From Octopus sinensis (Eukaryota), in contig NC_043007.1 of assembly GCF_006345805.1 (NCBI RefSeq), forward strand, positions 40,300,001-40,364,000: a stretch of 64,000 nucleotides of DNA, read 5' to 3'. Position 1 is the first letter of the stretch. Each line of letters opens with the position of its first letter. Under the pieces are notes generated by a model. The model ran no database searches, had not been told where the DNA came from, and worked only from the letters and a program-made list of their open reading frames with translations. The translations under genes were made by a program, and so were the position numbers. Below are positions 27,131-37,909 of the stretch, one piece after another.

Positions 27131-27494
27131 TCAGACAGGTATGGTAACAACAGCTGTCTAGTCGAGCAATTTAGAGAGCTTCTAGAAATAGCAACCAAAT
27201 CTCCTTCAAATCACTGCCTAGAATCCTAAAAAGAAGAGGGACACACAGAATAAAATGATAAAGGGCAAACCAAACCACAGTAAAAATTTTTAAAAAGGGA
27301 TGGTTATGACTGGAAAGCCTTCACTCATACTTCCACTCAATTATGACTGACTTAGGGTTAATAATTATTGCTGCTACCAAGAGCAGGAATTTGTAGGGTT
27401 TAGATCAATTTTGTCTGTCTGGCTGTTTTCCTTCTTTAAATAAAGATTTAATAGCAAAAGTCATTAAAGCTTCCCTTTCATATATATTACCTTC

Positions 27495-27870
27495 TATCAT
27501 TTACTTGTTTCAGGCATTTGACTACGGCCATACTGGGGCACTGCTTTGAAATGTTTTTTAGTTGAACAAATCAACAGCAAGACCTTTTTTTAAAAGCCTG
27601 GTACTTGTTCCATGGCATTCTCCACTTGAACTGCTAAGATATGGGGACATAATTATACCACTACCAGTTGTCGTGATGGTGAAGGACAGATACAGATACA
27701 CACACATACATATATATATATATGACAAGCTTCTTTGAGTTCCCATCTGCCAAATCCAGTCACAAGCCTTTGGTTGGCTCAACGCTATAGTAGAAGACAC
27801 TTGCCCAAGGTTCCATGCAGTAAAACTGAAACTGGTGTCATGTAATTGAGAAACAAGCTTAACACACATA
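27495..27870 (-). mobile_element. Family-A SINE (diverged)
   Basis: Reverse complement of the family-A blocks. Confidence 0.75.
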
Positions 27871-27933
27871 TAAATATACATATAAGCATATATAAACATT
27901 CACATGTACATATATAGATACACACACACACAC

Positions 27934-28139
27934 ATATGTGACAATTATTCGGTAGCCATGATAAAACTCTGAGTTTCGGATGTCGGGGTGGAAATCTAAG
28001 CCACCATCTCTTCAGTTATCCAGCCATCGGATAGCATTTTTTTCAATGGCTGGATAACTGAAGAGATGGCGGCGTGGATTTCCACTCCGACATCCGGAAC
28101 TCGGAGTTTTATCATGGCTACCGAATAATTATCACATAT
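27934..28139. repeat. Long inverted repeat: 94-bp arms, 18-nt loop (foldback/MITE-like palindrome)
   Basis: 27934-28027 is the reverse complement of 28046-28139 with 7 mismatches counted. Confidence 0.95.
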
Positions 28140-28953
28140 TACATTTACAGATAAATTCCTCTATTTACATAATATCGAGGTCTCTTTCATTCTTTTGTTG
28201 TCTTACCATTTCTATCAATATATATATATAATTTATGGGTAGTGAAATTATATGACACCTGATATTATTTCCTTTTCTTTCTGTTGCTAAGTGTGTGTGT
28301 GTGTGTGTCTTTGTGTGTGTATAAATATATAGATACACACACACACACATACATATATTAAATAACAGGCTGACTCAGTTCCAGATTACTCACAAATATG
28401 TCTAAGATTTAGTAAGTCATACACGTTTAAGAAACTGAACAATGTAGATCTCATTATTCCAACCACATGTTGAATACTACTCTTCTTTATTTGTTCACCG
28501 ATTCGTGTTTTGTAAGAATTTGCATGCGTGAGTGTGTGTGTATGTGTGTGTGTGTTCTTTCACTGTGTTCAGTCTTCAGACAATGGCATGGCCTTAAAGG
28601 ATTTTAGTTAACCTTAGCAATGCCAGGGTTGTTTGTGCTTGGTACTTATTTGATCAATCTCTGTTCTTTGAATGATAAAAAAAACAAAAACAAACAAAGC
28701 AGGTTTTTAAATCAGTATAGATGAAGACACAGACAACATGCATGCACACACATGTATAACTACAAACACATGTATACAATGATCTTTGGCACAGTTTTTG
28801 TCTATAAGATTCCACTTCCAGGATATTGGTCAATGTGAGTATACAGGAGTCAAAGAGCTGTGCAATGGATTTGAACTCAGAAAAACAAGGTAGTGAAGCC
28901 AACTTCTTAAACAGATGACCATGTTTGCACCTTTTAATAATAATAATATATAT

Positions 28954-28974
<21 letters not shown>

Positions 28975-28992
<18 letters not shown>

Positions 28993-29060
28993 CACACATA
29001 TGTATTTATATATACATATACACAGATATAAACACACGTGTGTGTGTGTATATATGAATA

Positions 29061-29107
<47 letters not shown>

Positions 29108-29633
29108 TCTATTCTCTTATTTATTTACTTGTTCCAGTCATTTTGACTGTGGCCATGCTGGAGCACTGCCATTTAGTTGAAGAAATCAACCCCTGAACTT
29201 ATTCTTTGTAAGCCTGGTACTTATTCTATCGGTTTCTTTTATCAGACCACAAAGTTGCGGGGAGGGATGTCAAAGCACTAAAATCGGTTGTCAAGTGACG
29301 GTGAAGGGACAAACACAGACACACAAATATATACATGCATACATATATATATATGTATAAAAATACATATAGACAGGCTTCTTTCAATTTCTAACTACCA
29401 AATTCACTCACAAGGCTTTGGTCGGCCCAAAGATATAGTATAAGACACTTGCCCAAGGTGCCATGCAGTGGAACTGAACCCAGAACCATGTGATTGGGAA
29501 GCAAGCTTCTTACCACACAGCCATGCCTGCACCAATATACACACACAACACACACACACACACACATATGTATTTATATATACATATACACAGATATAAA
29601 CACACGTGTGTGTGTGTATATATGAATATATAT

Positions 29634-29677
<44 letters not shown>

Positions 29678-30101
29678 TCTATTCTCTTATTTATTTACTT
29701 GTTCCAGTCATTTTGACTGTGGCCATGCTGGAGCACCGCCATTTAGTCGAAGAAATCAACCCCTGAACTTATTCTTTGTAAGCCTGGTACTTATTCTATC
29801 GGTTTCTTTTATCAGACCACAAAGTTGCGGGGATGTCAAAGCACTAAAATCGGTTGTCAAGTGACGGTGAAGGGACAAACACAGACACACAAATATATAC
29901 ATGCATACATATATATATATGTATAAAAATACATATATGACAGGCTTCTTTCAATTTCTAACTACCAAATTCACTCACAAGGCTTTGGTCGGCCCAAAGA
30001 TATAGTATAAGACACTTGCCCAAGGTGCTATGCAGTGGAACTGAACCCAGAACCATGTGATTGGGAAGCAAGCTTCTTACCACACAGCCATGCCTGCACC
30101 A

Positions 30102-30104
<3 letters not shown>
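28975..30104. repeat. Tandem duplication, period ~568 bp (microsatellite plus family-A SINE)
   Basis: TATGTATTTATATATACATATACACAGAT at 28999 and 29567; CCTGCACCAATA at 29526 and 30093; about 5 differences outside the microsatellites. Confidence 0.95.
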
Positions 30105-30171
<67 letters not shown>

Positions 30172-30732
30172 TTCGTTTTTATCTATGTTATAATTATTGC
30201 TGTTACTATTTCTACTACTACTGCAATTATAAAAACTACAACTACTGCATGTGGCAGTTCAGTTGAAATAAAGAAATGGGAAAATCCTTTCCTTCAGCAA
30301 CAACAGCCACTGCTACCACTGCTAATACCACCTGTGCTTCATGCAGGTAGGTTCATCACAGTGGTGAAAAAGTATCAGGTTATTTCACTTCTCATATTTC
30401 AAAGACCTTTCTATTCAAACTTGTCTAAATCCTGAGAGAGTAGGGAGTGGGCATGAGAGCAAGCGACAAACCAGTTGTGTACTAGTGACTCTGTCTGTGT
30501 GTGTGTGTGTGTGTGCGTGTGTGTTGAGTGTGTGTGCGAACATGTGCATGTGTGTGTATGTTTGTCCATAGGTGTATGTGCACTAGGCTTTTGGAACACA
30601 GGTCCGCTCTGATTCAGAAGACCTATGACCAAAGATATACCAGCCATGGCCATTCCAACTTTATTTTATGCATAGTGTATCAAGGATGATATTTTCAAAC
30701 AATGTCTTTCTTGTTTTAATTGTATAAACTAT

Positions 30733-31085
30733 AGGCGTAGGAGTGGCTGTGTGGTAAGTAGCTTGCTTATGAACCACGTGGTTCCGGGTTCAGTCCCACT
30801 GCGTGACAACTTGGGCAAGTGTCTTCTACTATAGCCTTGGGTCGACCAAAGCTTTGTGAGTGGATTTGGTAGACGGAAACTGAAAGAAGCCCGTTGTATA
30901 TATGTATATGTGTGTGTGTGTGTGTGTGTGTATGTTTGTGTGTCTGTGTTTGTCCCCCAACATCGCTTGACAACCGATGCTGGTGTTTGTGGTTTAGCAA
31001 AAGAGACCGAAAGAATAAGTCCTGGGGTCGATTTGCTCGGCTAAAGGCAGTGCACCAGCATGACTGAAACAAGTGAAAGAGTAAA
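30733..31085 (+). mobile_element. Family-A SINE, young copy
   Basis: AGGCGTAGGAGTGGCTGTGTGGTAAG head through GACTGAAACAAG tail. Confidence 0.88.
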
Positions 31086-32271
31086 CTGAAATTTCATTTC
31101 AGATATTGGCACAAAGTCGATTAGATTGACCCCGGTGTTCATCAGGTATTTATTCTATTGACTCCAAAAGGATGAAAGGCAATGTCGCCGTTGATGGAAT
31201 TTGAACTCAGAACGTGAAGACAGATGAAACATGTTAAGCATTTCACCCGGCATGATAATAGTTCTATCAGTTCATTGCCTTAATGTATAGACTGAAATTT
31301 CAAAGACATTTGGAGACTGTTTCCATCAGGTCAAAAGGACTCCATAAAGACACCTTCACTGGTTCATGCATATGTATGTGGTAAGGATTAGGAACTTTTA
31401 GAATTGGGGAGAAAACACTATTAGGGAGGAAATCAAGTGTTCAAAATGGAAAGATACACCTTATATATTATATTGCCACAGTTATCCACTCTCCTCACGG
31501 TGAGGAATACAGTCTCGAGAATTAGGTCTGGTTCCTGAGCAAATCGCGGTTTCACCATTCGTTTACGGCATGAACTTACACTTGCATGGCGTAAGATACA
31601 CCTTATATATTATATATATATTATCACTTTACACCTACATTTCCATGCTAGCATGAATTGTATGGGCTACCACTTGTCACAGTTGATCTTCATCTAGCAC
31701 ACAGAACAGGATGAAAGAAACCCCGCCAAAAATAACACCTGTCTGCCTTTGTTATGATTAGCAAAGTTTTTCCAGCTTTATCCTATCACTAACCAATTTA
31801 CACTATGTGCTGGATGAATTTTATACTTGCCACTGGTACCAGATATAATGTCTATAACAGAATGAAGTGTCTTCTTGAAACTGTATTGTTGATATCTTTT
31901 TTTTTCTTTTCTAAAAGTGACTGTTCCCCACTAGATGTGTTGCCTGCACTGAAGCTTATGAAATTCATGTTTCTTCTGTTCATTCTTTGCCACCGGCACT
32001 AATGTTGTCATCATCATTCTTTTAGACTAGGCAGGTCATTATGGTCAAAGATGGTCCTTATTTGGTGTTACTGATCTCTTAGATGGGTCAGAGGACCACA
32101 TCTAGCTTGTATATTTCGTTTAGGGATTGGTTTCTATGGTTGGATGTCAATCCTAACACCCATCACTTTACAGAGTGCACTGGTGCATTTTATCATGACA
32201 CCAGTATTAGAGGAGTTGTCATATTCCAAATGAAATTCAGGGGTTCTCTGGACAACGTATATATATATATA

Positions 32272-32450
32272 TAGTTAATCCAAACAAGAAAACACAGAAA
32301 AAAACACAGCAAGGTGAGGACGTGGAACAATTAAAGTATTATTTGACACTCAGGAAAGAAGGGAAGGAGGGTTTAACGTTTCGAGCGGAGCTCTTCGTTG
32401 AAAACAAAGGAGAAGGAAAGATCCCGAGAAGGGAAGACAGAGGAAAAAAA
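32272..32450 (-). mobile_element. Small Penelope/retrozyme-like repeat with hammerhead-like core (family 1, copy 2)
   Basis: Minus strand GTTT-TCAACGA-A-GAG-CTCCG-CTC-GAAAC-GTT-AAAC at 32371-32405; preceded by (TA)n. Confidence 0.65.
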
Positions 32451-33563
32451 TTTTTTTGCTGGTGGTGCTCAAGAGATCACATGTTGAAAGAACAGAATTT
32501 GAAAGGTAGACGAATCATGATTTTTAAAAACAAGAGAGTTTCAAAGACAAGGAATATATATATATATATCATCCTTATCATCATCGTTTAGCATCCATTT
32601 AGCATATATATATATCATCCTTATCATCACCATTTAGCATCCATTTTCCATGCTAGCATGGATTGGACAGTTGCTTTCAACATGTCACTGGCACAGTTAC
32701 CTTTTACATGTCACCAGCACAGGTGTCTGGTATGTGTCACTGGCACAGGTACCTTTTAGGAGTCACCAGCACTGGCCATGACCATAATTTCACTTAGCCT
32801 GACATATCTTCTCAAGTATAGCAAATTGCCAGAAGCCTTGGTCCCCTGTCATCACTTCCATACAATTCAACAACTGAAGATCATATTTTTCCACCCCTTG
32901 CCATATCTTCCTGGGTCTACTTCTTCCACAGGTTCCCTCAATTAGAGATTGGCGCTTCTTCACACAGCTATCCTCATCCATATACATCATATGAGACATC
33001 CCAGCATAGTCTTCTCTTTTGGAAACTACATATATATGCACGTGTGTGTGTGTATGTGCACATGAAAGATTGGGCTCTGTAGAGTATATGTTTGTGTTAA
33101 GTTCTTTGTAAGTTAAGTGATACAAGTACAATGATACTGACTTTAGGTAGTAACTGATAATTCTTGGCAGTACCACTGGCTTGGATAGCTAGGTTTCTAC
33201 ACACCTTATGCAGACAGATATTTTGGTAGTGATTCAACAATATTTTAGTAACCAGGTGAGATCAATACAAACATATACAAGCAAATGACAGAGCCTCAAT
33301 GGCTTCTTCAACCTTTCAGAAAGAGTAGCCTTATCTCCCTCAAACCATACCCTACCATCTTGAAGACATTGGATAATGTAATCTTAGACAAACTATTAAT
33401 GAAAGAAATTTAGGATGGTCACAGCTTGATTACCTTTGATTATACATCTGCTGAATCAGGGACAGACCTAAGGCTAAATGATTACATCATAGCTAGACGT
33501 ATATATTGTTATACAGGCAGTAAACTTGTAGAATAAGAATATTACATTTCTTCTTTTAAGGTA

Positions 33564-33594
<31 letters not shown>

Positions 33595-33603
33595 GAAGAA
33601 GAA

Positions 33604-33838
33604 GAAGAACACCGGGGGACTTTTAAGGAAGAACACCGGGGGACTTTTAAGAAGAACACCGGGGGACTTTTAAGGAAGAACACCGGGGGACTTTTAAGGA
33701 AGAACACCGGGGGACTTTTAAGAAGAACACCGGGGGACTTTTAAGGAAGAACACCGGGGGACTTTTAAGAAGAACACCGGGGGACTTTTAAAGAAGAACA
33801 CCGGGGGACTTTTAAGAAGAACACCGGGGGACTTTTAA
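33604..33838 (+). repeat. Tandem array, 10 copies of GAAGAACACCGGGGGACTTTTAA (23 nt, some with one extra G/A) at the LINE 5' end
   Basis: Counted directly; copies start at 33604, 33628, 33651, 33675, 33699, 33722, 33746, 33769, 33793 and 33816. Confidence 0.97.
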
Positions 33839-34041
33839 GATGTAAGAAGGAAAATTCAGAGCTCCGAAACCTATCCACAAACATCGAAAACAAGGACATC
33901 CTATGGAGCCAAAGTTTTACTAACAAAGAATTGGACTGTATCCGAGTAAGTAATACAAATTGAAATTTATTACTATTTTCGAAACGAAATGATGTATTTT
34001 GACTCGATATCATCTCCACCTCTAACGCAACACATGTAAAC

Positions 34042-37000
34042 ATGCGTGAAACATCACGATCATCTCCGACCCCAAACACCATGTACAAAGGAACTACGAA
34101 GAAATTAAATGCCACCGATACTATTCAACCCAAGAATAACAATCGAGCGGTACGTACATTAAACCTACAACAAAAAATGTACGAAAAACTACATGTGCGA
34201 AATAATGTGACAACAGAAATAAACGGACCGGTACCCTATGAAAATGACGACCGTCAAAATAATGGGCCGGACGTTGTACCTCATGTCCCGCAAATAAAAC
34301 CCAAAAGACGTAAATGGACACGTGAGGAATACATTTCTATCTTACACGCATACTTCACAGCAGTACTCTACCCAAAAAATGAAAATACAACAACACATAC
34401 ATATAAAATATGGAAGGAAAATAATAGAGATATAGACTTGGATACAGCAATGAACCCTAATAAATTAGCTAACGTACGAAGATACATTCTCAAAGCCAAG
34501 AAAATATCAGAAATAGAAATAGAACATTTAAAAGAAAAAATACACCAGGAAAATGTAGATAGAAGCCACACAACAATGCCCAATAATATAAACACTGAAA
34601 CTGTAAAACACGAAGACAAACGCAACATTCCCAACAAACACGATGTAAACAACGAAGGGGAGCCTAATGATTATGATAATATAAAAAATAAAATAATAAA
34701 AGAACTGAAAACCACAGAGCTCAAAATGGACCACCGACCATACCTCCCAAGAATCAAAATAAACGAAATAACAACACCTATTATAAACAGCATAAACCTA
34801 GCCGTCACTGAACTGATAGCCACTGAATCAAAAAAAAGTGATATCACTGAGCTAAATAACCTAATATATGCAGCAGCCACTGCAGCCACAAAAGAAGCTG
34901 GATACTCACCCAAACCCGCCCAAACAGGAGTACCACCATCCAAACAAACCCTGTGGATAAATAACATCCAAAGCAAAATAAAAAAAAATAGAAAAGACCT
35001 GTCGATTCTTAATGAAATCAGCAAAGAATCAACGCTACTGAGCAACAAAAAGAGAACAAAAATACTCCGCAAATATAACATCACAGAAAAAGATTTGCCT
35101 GAAATAAAAGAAAAGCTGAAGCAAGATATCCTTGCCAAAGCACAAAGGATCCGCCGGTACAAGAAACGCCAACGCTTCTTTGAAGAAAACAAAAAGTTCA
35201 ACTCCAACCCCAAAAAGTTCTACCAAGAACTGGGCAAAAATAAAATAGAAGTCACTGCAGCACCAACGGCAGAAGAATTGGAAGAATTCTGGGGAGAAAT
35301 ATGGTCGGCGAACGAACCACCAAGAAAAAGGAGTATCAAAATAACAAACTCGGCATCTGAACAAATTTGGACCCCCATAACAACTGAAGAGGTCACCCAG
35401 GCACTGCAAAGACTAAGCAACTGGAAGGCACCTGGGCATGACAAGATCCCCAACTTCTGGCTGAAATATCTAACAGGAATGCACAAAAAGCTGGCTGAAA
35501 ACTTTAACAACGTACTAGCAGAGCCAGAGACAATGCCTGAATGGCTCACGAAGGGGAGAACCATCTTAATTCCCAAATCAAATGAAACAGAAAAACCAGA
35601 AAACTACAGACCAATAACCTGCCTCCCTACTATGTTCAAGGCATTTACTGCAGTGATATCACAAAGGCTGAACAAGCACCTGGACGAAAACAAACTGTTC
35701 CCAGAAGAGCAGAAAGGATGCCGCAAAGGCTCATATGGCTGTAAAGATCAACTAATGATTAATAAAGCCATAACTGAAGACAGCCACAGAAAGAAGAAAG
35801 GCCTCAGTATGGCCTGGATTGACTACAAAAAGGCGTTTGATAGCATCCCCCACACATGGATCCTCGAAACACTAGCCATTAACAAAGTAGCACCAACAAT
35901 CATAAAATTCATAGAGCACTCTATGAATAAATGGCAAACAGTCCTACACCTCCAAACAAAAGAGGGACTCATGAAAACCAAAGACATCCCCATTAGAAGA
36001 GGAATATTCCAGGGAGATACGCTCTCTCCACTCCTTTTCTGCTTGGCACTGTCACCTCTATCTGATATGCTAAATAGAACTGGATGCGGATATAAATGTT
36101 ACGGCAAAACGATCAGCCACCTTTTATATATGGATGGCCTAAAACTATACGCTGCAAATGACAAACAGCTGGAAACACTATTAAAGACAGTTCATGGATT
36201 TACCAAAGAAATAGATATGAAATTTGGATTAGAAAAATGCGCCAAAGTAACCATGAAAAGAGGAAAACTAGTTAAGAGTAACAACATCACACTAGATGAA
36301 GCAAATGAAATAAAAGAATTAGACCAAAGCCAAACTTACAAATACTTAGGAATCCATGAACTAGATAAGACACAACACACACAAATGAAAGAGAAAATAA
36401 AAAAAGAATATTATAGACGAGTTAGATCAATACTAAACACAGAGCTCAATGCTAAAAACAAGATAATAGGTATCAACACTTTAGCTGTCCCAGTTATAAG
36501 TTACAGCTACAATATCCTTAACTGGACACGAAATGAACTGACCAAAATAGACAGGAAAACAAGAAAAATAATGACAGGATCTAGGATGCATCACCCAAAA
36601 TCTGACATAGAAAGACTATATATACAACGTATAGAAGGTGGTAGAGGCCTTATACAGCTGGAAAACTACTATAAAGTAACCACCATAGGACTGCAAAAAT
36701 ATCTACTTCAGAAGGAAGGAAAACTGATCCAGATAGCGGCAAAACACGAGCAAAACAAAAAACTGTTCTCAGTATTTAAGGAAGCTGACAAATACAAACA
36801 AGAAATCATACCACCTAATAAACATGAAGAAGAAGATGAAGAAACAACAAAAGCTATAAAAAAAATGAAATCCAAACTAAAAATAGAACAGCAACGAACC
36901 ATGATAAAACGATGGCAAGAAAAGCCCCTTCATGGTAAATACTGGACTAAACTAAACGCAAAAGAAATAGACAAAGAAAAATCCCAGCAATGGTTGAGAA

Positions 37001-37679
37001 GCTCAGGACTCAAAGCAGAAACAGAGGGATTTTAATTGCAGCACAAGACCAAAGCCTCCTCACCAGAAATTACCAAAGACATGTAATGAAAAGAAATATT
37101 ACAAGTAACTGCAGAATATGTGGAGATGGACAAGAAACAATAAATCATATTATCTCTAGCTGCCCAGTCCTGGCTAAGAAGGAATATATTCACAGACATG
37201 ACAGAGTTGGAACTTACATACATTGGAAGCTATGCCAACATTATGGAATAACAACAGAAAAAAGATGGTATAGGCACACACCAGAAAAGGTCACAGAAAA
37301 CGAGAAAGCAACCATACTCTGGGATATGCCGATACACACAGATAGAGAAATTAAGGCCAACAGACCAGATATAGTTGTCAGAGACCATGAAGAAAAAAAA
37401 TGCTTTCTAATTGATGTATCAGTACCGGCAGATGACAACGTGTCTCTAAAAGAAATGGAGAAACTCTCAAAATACAAAGACCTGGAAATAGAGGTAACTA
37501 GAATGTGGAATCTGAAAACAGAAACAATTCCTATCATAGTAGGTGCATTAGGCATGATAAAAAAATATTCAGACAAATACATAACAAAAACACCAGGACT
37601 TACAAACACATATAACATACAGAAAATTGCACTACTAGGCACTGCACACATCCTACGCAGAACACTTTCCATACAATAA
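34042..37679 (+). pseudogene. R4/Dong polyprotein (Myb-like, RT, CCHC zinc knuckle, restriction-like endonuclease), split by a 1-nt frameshift at ~37030-37033
   Basis: ORF 34042-37035: RRKWTREEY (Myb-like), ENYRPITCLPTMFK, MAWIDYKKAFDSIPH, RGIFQGDTLSPLLF, HLLYMDGLKLY, YKYLG. ORF 36990-37679: CRICGDGQETINHIISSC and RPDIVVRD...IDVSVP...EKLSKY. Adding one T to GGA-TTTT-AATT gives GFLIAAQDQ and one continuous ORF of about 1212 aa. Confidence 0.92.
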
Positions 37680-37779
37680 CCATCAGAGCATCACAACAAA
37701 TCACAGCACATACCCAAGGCACACAGAGCTGCGCTCGGTAGTGAAGTGAAAGCACGCTATAAAAATAAAAATAAAACTA

Positions 37780-37784
<5 letters not shown>

Positions 37785-37820
<36 letters not shown>

Positions 37821-37890
37821 GAAGAAGAAGAAGAAGAAGAAGAAAAGGAGGAGGAGAGATAGTAGTAGTAGTAGCAGTAGTAGTAGTAGT
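37785..37890. repeat. Compound microsatellite (TAA)12(GAA)8(GGA)n(TAG)n
   Basis: Direct reading; lies between the LINE 3' end and the exon donor. Confidence 0.95.
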
Positions 37891-37909
37891 AAAAGTAAAT
37901 ACAACCTAC

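Larger units (their letters stand above)
33604..37784 (+). mobile_element. Near full-length R4/Dong-clade non-LTR retrotransposon (RLE-type LINE) inserted in a (TAA)n(GAA)n microsatellite
   Basis: Single long ORF with RT, CCHC knuckle and PD-D/E-K endonuclease. 3' UTR with AATAAA ends at a (TAA)12 tract (37785-37820); (TAA)10(GAA)n lies at the 5' side. TAA-repeat targeting is the known behaviour of Dong elements. Confidence 0.9.

Noticed and set aside
33604-33838. CRISPR-like array
   Set aside because: Repeats are contiguous with no unique spacers, there are no cas genes, and the context is eukaryotic.
37024-37036. Programmed -1 ribosomal frameshift in the LINE
   Set aside because: No canonical slippery heptamer, and R4-clade elements normally have one uninterrupted ORF.
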